DNA of 64,000 nucleotides, taken from Cenarchaeum sp. (GTDB lineage: Archaea > Thermoproteota > Nitrososphaeria > Nitrososphaerales > Nitrosopumilaceae). Both the position numbers and the translations under genes were made by a program. The notes under the pieces were generated by a model. It saw only the letters and a list, made by a program, of their open reading frames with translations. It did not search any database and was not told the DNA's origin. Below, one piece after another: positions 40,347 to 50,942 of this stretch; position 1 is the first letter of the stretch; the number at the start of each line of letters is the position of its first letter. Location: NCBI GenBank assembly GCA_963693095.2, contig OY843768.1:960001-1024000 (forward strand), given 5' to 3'.

Positions 40347-41369
40347 ATGGCAAAGATCACCGACCAGGACGCGCTCATACTAGACGAGCTCCAGCAGTCG
40401 TTTCCGCTCGTGAGCAGGCCGTTTGCCGACATCGCCTCAAGGCTCGGCATGCCCGAGGCCGAGGTCATCGAGCGCACGCGCGCGCTCAGGGAGTCTGGCG
40501 TCCTGCGGCAGCTCAGCGCGATATTTGACACCAGGAGGCTCGGCTACAAGAGCTCACTAGTCGCAATGCGCGTGAGCCCCGAGAACATCGAGCGCGTTGC
40601 CGGCATAATCAACGGCCACCCCGGCGTGAGCCACAACTATGAGCGCGACGGCAAGTACAACCTGTGGTTCACCATAGCGGTTCCACCGGGCTCCAACCTA
40701 AAGGACGAGCTCGCAAAGTTTGATGGCATTGGGGGAATCGAGGCGGTTCGCATGCTCCCGACGATAAAGCTCTTCAAGATCGGCGTGCGCCTAGAGATGG
40801 TCAAAAAGTCCGACGTAAAGCCCGCCGAGACTAAAGCCGACGCCCCGCGCGAGGCGTTTGTGCCAACAGAGCGTGACCGCGAGATCATACGCGAGACGCA
40901 AAAGGACCTCGACTTGTCGGAGCGGCCATTTGAGGCGCCTGCGCGCAGGCTCGGGATGGACGAGGATGGCATGTTTGCGGCCCTGCGCCACTACCAGGAG
41001 ATCGGCGTCATGCGCAGGTTTGCCGGCATACTGCGCCACCGCGACGCCGGCTTTGTCGCAAACGGCATGATAGTCTGGAAGGTGCCCGAGGGGAGGATAG
41101 AGGAGGTCGGCGCGACGCTCGGCGCGTTCCCGCAGGTGAGCCACTGCTACCAGCGCCCGACATATGACGACTGGCCGTACAACGTGTTCTCGATGATCCA
41201 CTGCAAGACCAGGGAGGAGGCCGACGCTATGGTGGGGCAGATACGCGACCAGATCAAGGTTGACGAGTACCGTGTCCTCTTTAGCCTGCGCGAGTTCAAA
41301 AAGACGCGCGTAGAGTATTTTGTCGAGCAAAAGTTTAGCGTCGCGCAGGCCGCCGCGACTGTCGCGTAG
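40347..41369 (+). CDS. ahbAB: Siroheme decarboxylase AhbA-AhbB fusion (Lrp/AsnC-like)
   Basis: FPLVSRPF, HPGVSHNYER..YNLWFT, second half VSHCYQRP..DWPYNVFSMIH, EFKKT. Confidence 0.88.
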   Translation: MAKITDQDALILDELQQSFPLVSRPFADIASRLGMPEAEVIERTRALRESGVLRQLSAIFDTRRLGYKSSLVAMRVSPENIERVAGIINGHPGVSHNYERDGKYNLWFTIAVPPGSNLKDELAKFDGIGGIEAVRMLPTIKLFKIGVRLEMVKKSDVKPAETKADAPREAFVPTERDREIIRETQKDLDLSERPFEAPARRLGMDEDGMFAALRHYQEIGVMRRFAGILRHRDAGFVANGMIVWKVPEGRIEEVGATLGAFPQVSHCYQRPTYDDWPYNVFSMIHCKTREEADAMVGQIRDQIKVDEYRVLFSLREFKKTRVEYFVEQKFSVAQAAATVA

Positions 41370-42159
41370 CGCGCTTTAGTCCGGCAACATATGCGGCAAC
41401 CTCGCCCTCGATCTTTGACTGTGGCACCGAAGCTGCCATGCGCACTATGGGGCTGCCGACCACGACGGCATCGGCTCCGGCCCGCACGCACTCGCGCACG
41501 TCACGGGGCGCAGATATTCCAAAGCCGACGCCGAGTGTAGTCCCCTGTGAGACCCTGCGCGCGGCGCGAATTGCGCGAAGCGTATAGGCGGCAACGCCGC
41601 GGCCTACGTGGCCAGTCGTGCCATAGACTGCAACGAGGTACATGAATCCGGACGAGGCGGCCGCTATGCGGGCCATGCGCGCAGGCGACGTGTTCGGCGA
41701 GGCCAGAAAGACCGTGTCAAGTCCGGCGGCCCTCGAGGCGGCAACATACGCAGATGACTCGTCGACTGGCATGTCTGGCAGTATGACGGCATCAATGCCG
41801 GCCCGAGCCATGCGAGCGGCAAGCCTCCTGACCCCATGGCGCTCAAAGATGTTGGCATATGTCATCGAGACGAGCGGCACGTCTGTTCTGCGCCGTGTCG
41901 CCGATATTGTCTCAAGGTATGTCCCCATCGTCATGCCGCCAGAGAGCGAGACTGTGGCGGCCTCCTGTATGGCCGGCCCGTCAGCTAGCGGGTCAGAGAA
42001 GGGGTAGCCGAGCTCGATGACATCAGCGCCGCCGCGGACCGCCCCGCGGACGGCAGCGGCTGACGCGCGAGCGCTAGGGTGGCCGGCCATGACATACGCG
42101 ACGAGGGCCGCCTCGCCGGCCCCGCGCAGCTCCTCGAGCCTATCGGCTAGCCGGCCCAT
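41335..42159 (-). CDS. trpA: Tryptophan synthase alpha chain
   Basis: [32 protein letters not shown]. Confidence 0.95.
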   Translation of the reverse strand: MGRLADRLEELRGAGEAALVAYVMAGHPSARASAAAVRGAVRGGADVIELGYPFSDPLADGPAIQEAATVSLSGGMTMGTYLETISATRRRTDVPLVSMTYANIFERHGVRRLAARMARAGIDAVILPDMPVDESSAYVAASRAAGLDTVFLASPNTSPARMARIAAASSGFMYLVAVYGTTGHVGRGVAAYTLRAIRAARRVSQGTTLGVGFGISAPRDVRECVRAGADAVVVGSPIVRMAASVPQSKIEGEVAAYVAGLKRATRQSRRPARR

Positions 42160-43321
42160 TGGCCTCCACCCAGTCTGCCACAACGTCGACGTCCTTGTCG
42201 CCCCTTCCGGAGAGCGTGACGATGACGGTGTCAGACTTCCTGCCCGCGCGCGCAACCTTTGCTGCCTCGGCAATCGCGTGGGCCGACTCGAGTGCCGGTA
42301 TGATGCCCTCTGTGCGCGCAAGGAGGCGGAACGCCCTGATCGCCTCAACGTCAGTCGCCGAGCGATAGTCGACGCGGCGCGTGTCCTTTAGCCATGCGTG
42401 CTCTGGCCCGACTCCCGGATAGTCAAGGCCAGCAGACACGCTGTGCGTTTCAGAGACCTGGCCCTCGGCGTCCTGCATGACATATGTCATCATGCCGTGG
42501 AGTATTCCGCGCGAGCCGGCCCTTAGTGGCGCAGAATGCTTGCCTGAACGAACTCCCCTGCCGGCAGCCTCGACGCCGACGAGCTCCACTTTCGAGTCGA
42601 CAAACTCGTGAAACGTCCCTATCGCGTTGGATCCGCCCCCGACGCACGCTATTATCGTGTCTGGCGTGCGGCCGATCGCGCGCGCCTGCGAGCGGATCTC
42701 GTGGCCTATGACTGACTGAAAGTCGCGAACGATCTCCGGATACGGGTGCGGACCGACTGCCGAGCCGAGGAGGTAGTGCGTCGTGCGCACGTTGGCAAGC
42801 CAGTCGCGTATCGCCTCGTTGATCGCATCCTTTAGCGTCTTGGAGCCGGACTCGACGGCATGCACACCGGCGCCGAGGAGGCCCATGCGCGTGACGTTCA
42901 GTCGCTGCCTGACCATGTCACGGCTGCCCATGTAGACCTCGGCATCAAGGCCAACGCACGCGCAAGCCATTGCAGTCGCGACGCCGTGCTGGCCGGCTCC
43001 CGTCTCGGCGACGATGCGCCTCTTTTTCATCCTGCGCGCAAGGAGTGCCTGCCCTATCGTGTTGTTTATCTTGTGCGCCCCGCCGTGGAGCAGGTCCTCG
43101 CGCTTTAGGTATATCTGCGCGCCGCCGACCTCCTCGCTGAGGTTCTTTGCGTGGTATAGCGGCGTCGGGCGGCCAGCATACTCGGCCAGGAGGCGCGAGA
43201 GCTCGCGCCGAAATGTCGCATCGCGCCGGCACGAGCGGTACGCCGATTCGAGCTCCTCGAGTGCGGGCACGAGCGTCTCGGGAACATACCTCCCGCCGTA
43301 CTCGCCAAACCTGCCCCTCAT
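42140..43321 (-). CDS. trpB: Tryptophan synthase beta chain
   Basis: [51 protein letters not shown]. Confidence 0.97.
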   Translation of the reverse strand: MRGRFGEYGGRYVPETLVPALEELESAYRSCRRDATFRRELSRLLAEYAGRPTPLYHAKNLSEEVGGAQIYLKREDLLHGGAHKINNTIGQALLARRMKKRRIVAETGAGQHGVATAMACACVGLDAEVYMGSRDMVRQRLNVTRMGLLGAGVHAVESGSKTLKDAINEAIRDWLANVRTTHYLLGSAVGPHPYPEIVRDFQSVIGHEIRSQARAIGRTPDTIIACVGGGSNAIGTFHEFVDSKVELVGVEAAGRGVRSGKHSAPLRAGSRGILHGMMTYVMQDAEGQVSETHSVSAGLDYPGVGPEHAWLKDTRRVDYRSATDVEAIRAFRLLARTEGIIPALESAHAIAEAAKVARAGRKSDTVIVTLSGRGDKDVDVVADWVEANGPASR

Positions 43322-44091
43322 ATGGCCATCACCATGCTCCTGACGGACTCGGCTATATTGGCGCTCCTCATTATCGACGTTCCGGCCAGGAACGCGTCGG
43401 CTCCGCACTCGCGCAGGCGCCTGACGTCATCCGGCCCGCCAATCCCGCTCTCCGAGACTATGGGCACGCCGCGCTCGCCGAGGCCGTCAAGAACGCGGCG
43501 CGTCGTGTCGAGATCCACCTCTAGCGTGTCGAGGTTGCGGTTGTTGACTCCGACCATGTCAGCACCCGACTCTAGGGCAGCGTCAAGCTCGGCGCGCGTG
43601 TGGGCCTCGAGGAGGACGCCCATGCCGCCGGCGTGTGCCAGGTCGACGAGCTCGTTCCTGTTTGTGGCGAGTCCATGGTCAAAGACTGCCTGTATGATAA
43701 GCACATAGTCTGCGCCCATCTGGCGCGCGGCCTCGACCTGTCGCGCATCCACGATGATATCCTTCATCAGTATCGGAATGTCAACTGTGTCCCTGACTAG
43801 TGCGAGGTTTGCCGGCGAGCCGTCAAACATGTGCGGTTGCGTGAGAACCGAGAGCGCGACTGCGCCTCCCTCGACCATGAGGCGCGCGACGTCTGCCGGA
43901 TTCGCGCCGCGCAGTATCTCGCCCTCGCTAGGCGAGGAGAACTTTACTTCTGATATGACCGGCGCGTGTGAGTGCTCGCGCACGGCGCGCACAAGGTCAA
44001 CGCCAGAGGGCTCGTGGCGCGCGACGCCATCGTACACGCCAGAGTCAATGGCACTCTGTGAGTTTCTCACGAGCTTTTCTAGCACGCTCAT
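43318..44091 (-). CDS. trpC: Indole-3-glycerol phosphate synthase
   Basis: [32 protein letters not shown]. Confidence 0.95.
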   Translation of the reverse strand: MSVLEKLVRNSQSAIDSGVYDGVARHEPSGVDLVRAVREHSHAPVISEVKFSSPSEGEILRGANPADVARLMVEGGAVALSVLTQPHMFDGSPANLALVRDTVDIPILMKDIIVDARQVEAARQMGADYVLIIQAVFDHGLATNRNELVDLAHAGGMGVLLEAHTRAELDAALESGADMVGVNNRNLDTLEVDLDTTRRVLDGLGERGVPIVSESGIGGPDDVRRLRECGADAFLAGTSIMRSANIAESVRSMVMAI

Positions 44092-45140
44092 GCGCGTCGA
44101 GCCTCCTCTAGGAGCGCCGGCTTGCCGCACATTGCGACAAACTCGTCGAGCTTTTTTGATGCGCCGCCCGAGCGGATCGAGGACATTGCCATCTCTAGGC
44201 CCTCGGCAATGCCTGCGGCCCTGTCGGCTACGACGAGTGCGGCACCGGCGTTGAGTGCGGCCGTCTCCACCATTGCGCGCCGCGCCGAGCCGTCTATGGC
44301 GCCGATGACGGCCGCTAGCGCGTCACGTGCGCCCTCGACGCGCAGGTCTCCTAGCCCAGACTCGCGCAGTCCGAGCCCTGATGGCGATATGGCCACCCTT
44401 TTCACCGCACCGTTGCGCGCAATGACTGCAGTCCCGTCTGACACAGTCGAGAGCTCATCGAGGCCATTGGCAGACCGCACCGCCATGGCGCACGCCGAGC
44501 CGCGTCGCGCGAGTATCTCCGGCAGCATGTCTAGGTGCAGGGACGAGCTGACGCCCACAAGCTGGCGATTCACGCGCGCCGGATTTGCGAGCGGGCCGAG
44601 GAGGTTTAGCGCGGTTCTAGTGCCAGAGATCATCTTGCGCGCCGCCGCCGCTGCCCTCATGGCCGGATGGAACTTTGGCGCAAACATAAACCCAATGCCG
44701 CACGTCTCGATGGCCGTGGCGACTGTATCGGGGGCAGAGTCGAGATCCATGCCGAGTGAGGCGAAAATGTCCGCGCTGCCCACGCCTCCCGAGGACGACC
44801 TGTTGCCGTGCTTGGCGACAGTCGCACCGGCAGCCGCGGCGACAAAGGCCGCCGCAGTCGAGACGTTGAACGTGTGCGCGCCGTCACCGCCCGTTCCGCA
44901 CACGTCTATGGCGTCGGGCCCGGAGAGGGCCACGCCAACGCTGCGCTCCATCATCACATCGAGCATTCCCTCGAGCTCGTCGGTGGCCTCGCCCCTAGCC
45001 GCAAGCGAGGAGAGAAACCCCGCAATGTCAGCATCACGCGCATCACCGGAGAGAATCTCTCGCATTGCGCCGGCGGCCTCTGCGCGCCCCAGTGTCGAGC
45101 CGGCACTGACGCGCGCGGCCATCTCGCCTAGCGCGCTCAT
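44088..45140 (-). CDS. trpD: Anthranilate phosphoribosyltransferase
   Basis: DVCGTGGDG..TFNVST, KHGNRS.S..GSAD. Confidence 0.95.
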   Translation of the reverse strand: MSALGEMAARVSAGSTLGRAEAAGAMREILSGDARDADIAGFLSSLAARGEATDELEGMLDVMMERSVGVALSGPDAIDVCGTGGDGAHTFNVSTAAAFVAAAAGATVAKHGNRSSSGGVGSADIFASLGMDLDSAPDTVATAIETCGIGFMFAPKFHPAMRAAAAARKMISGTRTALNLLGPLANPARVNRQLVGVSSSLHLDMLPEILARRGSACAMAVRSANGLDELSTVSDGTAVIARNGAVKRVAISPSGLGLRESGLGDLRVEGARDALAAVIGAIDGSARRAMVETAALNAGAALVVADRAAGIAEGLEMAMSSIRSGGASKKLDEFVAMCGKPALLEEARRA

Positions 45141-45730
45141 TTCATGCCCTCCACGATGCGCACAAAGTTTGCTAGTATGCGCTCGCCCTCGGCAGTCATT
45201 ATCGACTCGGGGTGGAACTGGACGCCAAATATCGGCTGTGTCCTGTGCCGGACCGCCATGACCTCGCCGTCATCATCGGCGACGGCAGTCACCTCGAGTG
45301 AGTCGGGGATAGTCGTCGACTCGCCGACGAGTGAGTGGTATCTCGTTGCGCGAAACGGGCTGCCAACGCCCTCAAAGAGCGCGTCGCCGGTGTGGCTCAC
45401 TGGACTAGTCTTGCCGTGGCGCACGTTTGCCGCATTGGTCACGCGGCCGCCAAACGAGCTGATGATCCCCTGGTGGCCAAGGCACACGCCGAGGAGCGGC
45501 GTGCTTGCGCCGAGGTCATCTATGGCCTGGCGCGAGACTCCAAAGTCGCGCGCGCTCTCTGGCGTGCCCGGTCCGGGCGATATGACGATCGCGTCATACT
45601 TTCTGCGAGCAATCTCGCCTGCGTCGATCGCGTCATTCCTGATGACGTCAGTCTCGACTCCGAGCCGGCCCAGGGCCTGCGCGATATTGTAGACGAACGA
45701 GTCATAGTTGTCTATAATGAGGAACTTCAT
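45137..45730 (-). CDS. trpG: Anthranilate synthase component II
   Basis: IDNYDSFVYN, SPGPG, GVCLGHQ, RYHSL, QFHPES. Confidence 0.95.
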   Translation of the reverse strand: MKFLIIDNYDSFVYNIAQALGRLGVETDVIRNDAIDAGEIARRKYDAIVISPGPGTPESARDFGVSRQAIDDLGASTPLLGVCLGHQGIISSFGGRVTNAANVRHGKTSPVSHTGDALFEGVGSPFRATRYHSLVGESTTIPDSLEVTAVADDDGEVMAVRHRTQPIFGVQFHPESIMTAEGERILANFVRIVEGMK

Positions 45731-47079
45731 TGCGAGGCCTCCCCGAGCGCCTCGATGAGCGCGCCGGCCTTGTGCTCGGTCTCCTGCAGCTCGCGCTCGG
45801 GAACCGAGTCATAGACGATTCCGGCGCCTGACTGCACGTATCCGCTGCCGTTGCCGAGGAACATGCTGCGTATTGCGATCGCAAAGTCACACGAGCCGTT
45901 GGACGCAAAATAGCCCACGGCGCCGGCATACCCCCCGCGCGCCCTGCGCTCGAGGGACGATATTATCTCCATCGCGCGAACCTTTGGGGCCCCCGTGACC
46001 GTGCCGGCCGGAAAGACGGCGCCAAAGGCGTCAAAAGAGTCCGAGCCAGCCGCAAGCGTGCCAGTCACGTGTGTGACCATGTGCTGCACGTGGCTAAACC
46101 TCTTGACTGACATTAGATCCTCGACCTTGACTGAGCCTGCCTTGCAGACGCGCCCAATGTCATTGCGCCCAAGGTCTACCAACATGACGTGCTCGGCGAC
46201 CTCTTTTTCATCGTGTGTCATCTCCTCGCCGAGCGCGCCATCGCGCTCGTCGTCCCCCGTGATGGGCCGCGTTCCGGCTATCGGAAATGTCTCGACGCGA
46301 TCGCCGGTAACGCGCACGAGCATCTCGGGGCTGGCCCCCATGACTGACCTCTTGCGCAGCTTCATGTGATAGAGGTATGGCGACGGGTTTAGCTCGCGCA
46401 GTCTCTCGTACACGCGCATGGGGTCACCGGAGAACTCAAAGCTAAACCTGCGCGAGAGGACGGCCTGGAATATGTCACCGTCACGCACGTGTCCACGGGC
46501 CTCCTCGACGATGCGCTCAAACTCGCCGGCCTCGGGCTCGGCGCGCACGCGCGAGTGCGAGAACGGCGCGCGCTCGGGCTCATCAAGCCCAATCTCGCCA
46601 GACCTGTCCTTGCGCGTAAAGAAATAGTACGGCCTGCCCTCGGCGCTGTCAAACAGGATGCCGTCGCTATACACGCCAAACTCCATGAGCGGCACGTCTC
46701 CCCCCTGCGCGAGTCGCCTCTCCCAGAGGCCGACGGCCTCATAGTCCACAATTCCGACGGCACCACCAAGGTAGCGGTACCTCTGCGAGCGCGTCCTGGG
46801 CAGGATTTTTCGCATCTCGGCTATTGGGTCATCAGTGCAGATGACGCGCTCGGCGCCGTCGCGCCCCTCGATGACGAGCCTGTCAGCATACCCAGTTATC
46901 GTCTCGTCGGGATCGAATCCTATTATCGACGTCTCGGCAAGCGTCTCCGGACCGGTCAGGGACTCAAAGAGGAACGCCTGCTCGCAGGAGGCAGCAACGC
47001 GCCGGTATATCTCAAACTGGGTGCCCTCCACCTCAAGGGGTCGTATCTGCGGCTCGGCCATGTCTCCAAAGGTGCCCAC
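45727..47079 (-). CDS. trpE: Anthranilate synthase component I
   Basis: GDIFQAVLSR, NPSPY, SPE, PIAGTR, AEHVMLVDLGRND, GAPKVRAM; GTG start at 47079 likely. Confidence 0.95.
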   Translation of the reverse strand: MGTFGDMAEPQIRPLEVEGTQFEIYRRVAASCEQAFLFESLTGPETLAETSIIGFDPDETITGYADRLVIEGRDGAERVICTDDPIAEMRKILPRTRSQRYRYLGGAVGIVDYEAVGLWERRLAQGGDVPLMEFGVYSDGILFDSAEGRPYYFFTRKDRSGEIGLDEPERAPFSHSRVRAEPEAGEFERIVEEARGHVRDGDIFQAVLSRRFSFEFSGDPMRVYERLRELNPSPYLYHMKLRKRSVMGASPEMLVRVTGDRVETFPIAGTRPITGDDERDGALGEEMTHDEKEVAEHVMLVDLGRNDIGRVCKAGSVKVEDLMSVKRFSHVQHMVTHVTGTLAAGSDSFDAFGAVFPAGTVTGAPKVRAMEIISSLERRARGGYAGAVGYFASNGSCDFAIAIRSMFLGNGSGYVQSGAGIVYDSVPERELQETEHKAGALIEALGEASQ

Positions 47080-47167
47080 CCATGCGATCCATCGCATGGT
47101 CATCGATATTTAAGGGTGGCTTGGCATCAGGCTCGCCTAGGCGTGCCAGCACCCCCTGAATGATATT

Positions 47168-47184
47168 TATAGTACCGTACTATA
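47168..47184. promoter_or_regulatory. Perfect palindrome overlapping a TATA box (candidate operator)
   Basis: TATAGTAC-C-GTACTATA between the divergent trpE and C2H2 microgene. Confidence 0.5.
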
Positions 47185-47193
47185 CCTGCTGCC

Positions 47194-47301
47194 ATGCTCA
47201 AGTGTGAGTACTGTGAGGGCAACTTTGCGGTGAGCCAGATAGGCCTCGCCGAAAAGCTCCTTCACAAGATTGTCCAGCACCCGGACGACATAAACAGGTA
47301 G
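47194..47301 (+). CDS. 35-aa C2H2-like zinc-finger microprotein
   Basis: Manual translation MLKCEYCEGNFAVSQIGLAEKLLHKIVQHPDDINR; TTTATA ~25 nt upstream. Confidence 0.7.
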   Translation: MLKCEYCEGNFAVSQIGLAEKLLHKIVQHPDDINR

Positions 47302-47363
47302 CGCCGCGGCGTAGTTTTTTTACCATCTCCTTTTTTATTCCCCCCTTTTCGGAGCGTGCCACG

Positions 47364-48911
47364 ATGGCGGCAAGAACGCTCAAAAAGGCGACCCCCAAGA
47401 GGGCAGCCACGACGGCCCGAAAGGCGGCAAAGCCCAAGGCGGCGGCCAAAAAGGCGGCAGTCAAAAAGGCGGCCCCCAAGAGGGCAACTGCTGCCAAGCC
47501 CAAGGCAGCGCCCAAAAAGCCTGCCGTCAAAAAGGCAGTCGTCAAAAAGGCGCCCTCGAGGACCACGGCGGCGAGCGCACGGACACTAGAGGCCCTGGCA
47601 AAAAAGGTCACGGCCGTCTCGGAGGACACGCATGCGCTCTCTGGTGACCTCAGGTCGATGGCCAAGATATTTGGGGACAACCAAAAGATACTCGTCTCGA
47701 TGAAGGGCGTCATGGAGGAGATCGCCGACGCGCTAGACGCAATCCAAAAGCAGTCAAAGAGGATCGGCTCACTAGAGACTGACACGCAGAAGATCTTTGC
47801 GGGCATTGGCGAGATGCGAGCGCACGCGCGAATCATAGCAAAGCTCGACTCACAGTCCGCAAAGATGGAAGAGACGGTTCGCGGGATCAAGGAGCGCTCT
47901 GACTCGGCTAGTGGGCTAGACGAGATATCCAAAAAGGTCGACGAGAGTTTTGGCTCCATAAAGAACAACTCGGAGATGATAATCAGGATCGGCAGGCACA
48001 TCGACGGCATGCGAGAGGACATTGGCGGCCTCTCTACTCGCGCGTCATCAGTAGAGTCGGTTCAGGGCGATCTCGCAAAGCTAAAGACGCTCTTTGAGGA
48101 GGCACAGGCAAGCCATTCCGGTGACGCCGACCTTGCCGCCGAGCTGGGCGCAATGTCAAAAAAGGTCGCCGAGCTCTCGCAGCTTCCCTCAGATGTGGGC
48201 GCGCTCAACAGGAGGCTCGAGGAGATCTCTGGCGCCTCAGGCACGCTAGGACCCATCGTCGAGGAGCTCAAGGAGCAGGTCTCGCGTGTGACCGAGCGCG
48301 CAAGCGCAGGATCTGGGGACATCGAGTCGGTTCGCGCCGAGTTCTCCACGATGCGCGAGGAGGTCACAGGGCGTGCAGGACGCCTAGAGTCCGGCATCGC
48401 CTCAGTAACTGACGCGCTAGGGCGCTCAGAGGGCGCTGTCGCCGAGGTCCACAAAAAAGCAGACGCGCTCTTTGAGGAGGTGCGTGCCCTGCGCGGCGAG
48501 GGCCAAAAGGCGGCGGGATCGTCATCAAGCGAGATAATGGCCCTGTTGCGCCTGTCCGAGTACCAGTCCGGCGTGCGCATGGTCGCCGAGTCAAAGTACG
48601 GCGAGGTCCCTGACCTTGAGCGCATGGCCTCACAGACAGTCGACGTGCTAAACGTCTTTGACCGTCTCGCCGTGGAGACCGGCTCGGAGGTTCGCCTCCC
48701 GCACGGCGTGAGGCAGTGGGCAGTCTCAAAGATACTAGAGTGCGCCGACAGGTGGGAGATACGCTTCTCAGACGTCCTAGGAGTCCTGCGCGACAAGCTT
48801 GGCGTCGCGCTCCTAAAGGAGGCAGTCAGGATGAACCAGGTTCGCGAGATTTACGGCACGCGCGCAGTAGATGAGCTCGAGGGCATTCTCGCCGAGCACG
48901 CAGGCCCCTAG
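47364..48911 (+). CDS. Long coiled-coil protein with histone-H1-like K/A/P-rich N-terminus
   Basis: Repeated KKAAPKRA/KKAAVKK segments, then a heptad-rich helical body. Confidence 0.8.
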   Translation: MAARTLKKATPKRAATTARKAAKPKAAAKKAAVKKAAPKRATAAKPKAAPKKPAVKKAVVKKAPSRTTAASARTLEALAKKVTAVSEDTHALSGDLRSMAKIFGDNQKILVSMKGVMEEIADALDAIQKQSKRIGSLETDTQKIFAGIGEMRAHARIIAKLDSQSAKMEETVRGIKERSDSASGLDEISKKVDESFGSIKNNSEMIIRIGRHIDGMREDIGGLSTRASSVESVQGDLAKLKTLFEEAQASHSGDADLAAELGAMSKKVAELSQLPSDVGALNRRLEEISGASGTLGPIVEELKEQVSRVTERASAGSGDIESVRAEFSTMREEVTGRAGRLESGIASVTDALGRSEGAVAEVHKKADALFEEVRALRGEGQKAAGSSSSEIMALLRLSEYQSGVRMVAESKYGEVPDLERMASQTVDVLNVFDRLAVETGSEVRLPHGVRQWAVSKILECADRWEIRFSDVLGVLRDKLGVALLKEAVRMNQVREIYGTRAVDELEGILAEHAGP

Positions 48912-50896
48912 GCGTCGCGCTCGAGCTGTGACTTTTTGCGCTTTAGCGCCGTAAACACGACGAGGAGTCCGGCGATCCAGACGCATGCGAGGAGAATGTT
49001 CGTGATGCTCACGTACATGTAGGGCGTCGCGTTCACAATGTTCTCGCGTATCTCTAGGGCGCTCTGCTTTATGCTCGACATGCCCGTGTGGTATGCCGCA
49101 CTTGACGTGTCAGCCGAGCCGAGCGAGTCAGCAGTCTGGCGCATCTGCGCGAGGGCCGCCTGCATGAGCGCAAAGTCCGTCTCGGCAGTAGGGAATATCC
49201 ACACGGGGTTGCCCTCCGTGGGCAGCGCGCCGGCGGCCATGCTTGCAATCTCGGAGACCTGTCCGGGTGCCGTCTCGCGCGCAATGTCGCTCAGGTACCC
49301 GCGCGAGAGGTCCAGCGGATAGACTGTCGTGCGGTATCCCTCAAAAGAGGCCACGGCGCCGACGATAATGATCGCGATGATGCCCACTAGTGCCATGGTG
49401 TAGGGTCGGTTTGCCATCCTCTCGCGTCGGCTCGCCGGTGCGGCTCTTTTAAATCTTGAATGCGCCAGGCTATAGCCGGCCACATACATGAATCCGGCCG
49501 TCTGTATGCCGATTATCGGGACAAAGACGGGCTGCGAGGAGAATATGGCCACAAAGATGCCCATGACGCCATAAAAGGCAAAGAATATCTCTAGGAGCGT
49601 CGTCTTTGTGAAGGGCAGGTTGTACTCCTTGCCACGCCACTCGTCAGCAGTGCCCTTGATCCCGTGCTTTGGCGTCCGGAGGAACTCGCTTCTCTTGCCA
49701 AATATCGCGTCCATCACTGCGACTGTGTTGGTCACTGCCATTCCCGCGCTGTAGATAAAGAGGGCCGGCAGGACGCGGGCCTTTTTTGCCCACGACTCGC
49801 CATACATGCTCTGGACGACCATGACGTAGGCTGCCGGCCCGAGCGCAAGGTACGCCGCTATCGTTATGGCCGGCAGGCCAACGGCATAGAGGTTTACGTT
49901 GGCCATGAGAAGTATTGGCAGCGCGAGGAACTGGACGAGTGTGAGCGGAAAGACGATGTGGCGCGTCAGCTGCACGAACGCCTGCAGCTTTGTGCTTAGC
50001 GCTATCCCACGCCGCGCGATGATTCCCGTGAGGAGCTTTACTGCGCACTGGATCGAGCCCTTTGCCCACCTGAACTGTTGCCTCTTTACTGCGTTCATCT
50101 GCGCTGGCAGTTCGGCATCAACTACGACGTCGGGGAGGAATATGCACCTCCAGCCGCGCATCTGCGCGCGATAGCTGAGGTCAAGGTCCTCGACTAGCGT
50201 CGCGTCATGCCATCCACCCGCATCGACGATGCACTTGCGCCGCCATATTCCGGCGGTCCCGTTAAAGTTCATGAACAGGCCAGAGTCGCTCTTTGCGCGC
50301 TGCTCGACAAGAAAGTGTATGTCGAGGCTTATGGCCTGCACGCGCGTTATCGACGAGTACCCCTCGTTCAGGTGTCCCCACCTGCACTGCACAAAGCCGA
50401 TCTCGGGGCGCGTAAACTGCGGTATTGCTCGGCGCAGGAACCACGGTGGCGGCACAAAGTCCGCATCAAATATGGCCACGAGATCCGATGTCGTGGACTT
50501 CATCGCGTGGCGGAGCGCGCCGGCCTTGTAGCCCTTTCGCGAGTCACGGCGGACGTGCTCGATGTCCGTGCCAGACTCGCGCCACGTCCTGACCATGTCT
50601 CCCACGAGGGCAGTCGTGTCATCATCCGAGTCATCAAGGACCATTATGTGCAGCCGGTCGCGCGGATAGTCGAGCCTGCAGACGGCATCTATTAGGCGCG
50701 CGGCGACATACTTTTCATTGTATATTGGCAGGTGAACCGTCACGCTAGGCTCGTCATCAGAGTCTAGCACTTCTGCGGGGCGCCGGCGGCTAGAGATTAT
50801 TGCGAGATAGTAAAAGTTCATCGTGTACGCCATGATAAGCACGGCTGACACGATAAATAGGTCAAAGACCAGCTGCGTCAGGGGATTTGAGGCCAC
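48908..50896 (-). CDS. GT2 processive glycosyltransferase (cellulose-synthase-like)
   Basis: LPIYNE, LDDS, GYKAGAL, FDADF, VEDLD, QQFRW; multiple TMs. Confidence 0.92.
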   Translation of the reverse strand: MASNPLTQLVFDLFIVSAVLIMAYTMNFYYLAIISSRRRPAEVLDSDDEPSVTVHLPIYNEKYVAARLIDAVCRLDYPRDRLHIMVLDDSDDDTTALVGDMVRTWRESGTDIEHVRRDSRKGYKAGALRHAMKSTTSDLVAIFDADFVPPPWFLRRAIPQFTRPEIGFVQCRWGHLNEGYSSITRVQAISLDIHFLVEQRAKSDSGLFMNFNGTAGIWRRKCIVDAGGWHDATLVEDLDLSYRAQMRGWRCIFLPDVVVDAELPAQMNAVKRQQFRWAKGSIQCAVKLLTGIIARRGIALSTKLQAFVQLTRHIVFPLTLVQFLALPILLMANVNLYAVGLPAITIAAYLALGPAAYVMVVQSMYGESWAKKARVLPALFIYSAGMAVTNTVAVMDAIFGKRSEFLRTPKHGIKGTADEWRGKEYNLPFTKTTLLEIFFAFYGVMGIFVAIFSSQPVFVPIIGIQTAGFMYVAGYSLAHSRFKRAAPASRRERMANRPYTMALVGIIAIIIVGAVASFEGYRTTVYPLDLSRGYLSDIARETAPGQVSEIASMAAGALPTEGNPVWIFPTAETDFALMQAALAQMRQTADSLGSADTSSAAYHTGMSSIKQSALEIRENIVNATPYMYVSITNILLACVWIAGLLVVFTALKRKKSQLERDA

Positions 50897-50942
50897 GTGC
50901 CGCAGGCTGCCGGTCCGCTCACTTATAATCTAGCGCACGGAA

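Noticed and set aside
44122-45261. Long antisense ORFs (e.g. opposite trpD, 5514..6500, 9883..10740)
   Set aside because: Shadow ORFs expected in GC-rich coding DNA; no recognisable motifs.
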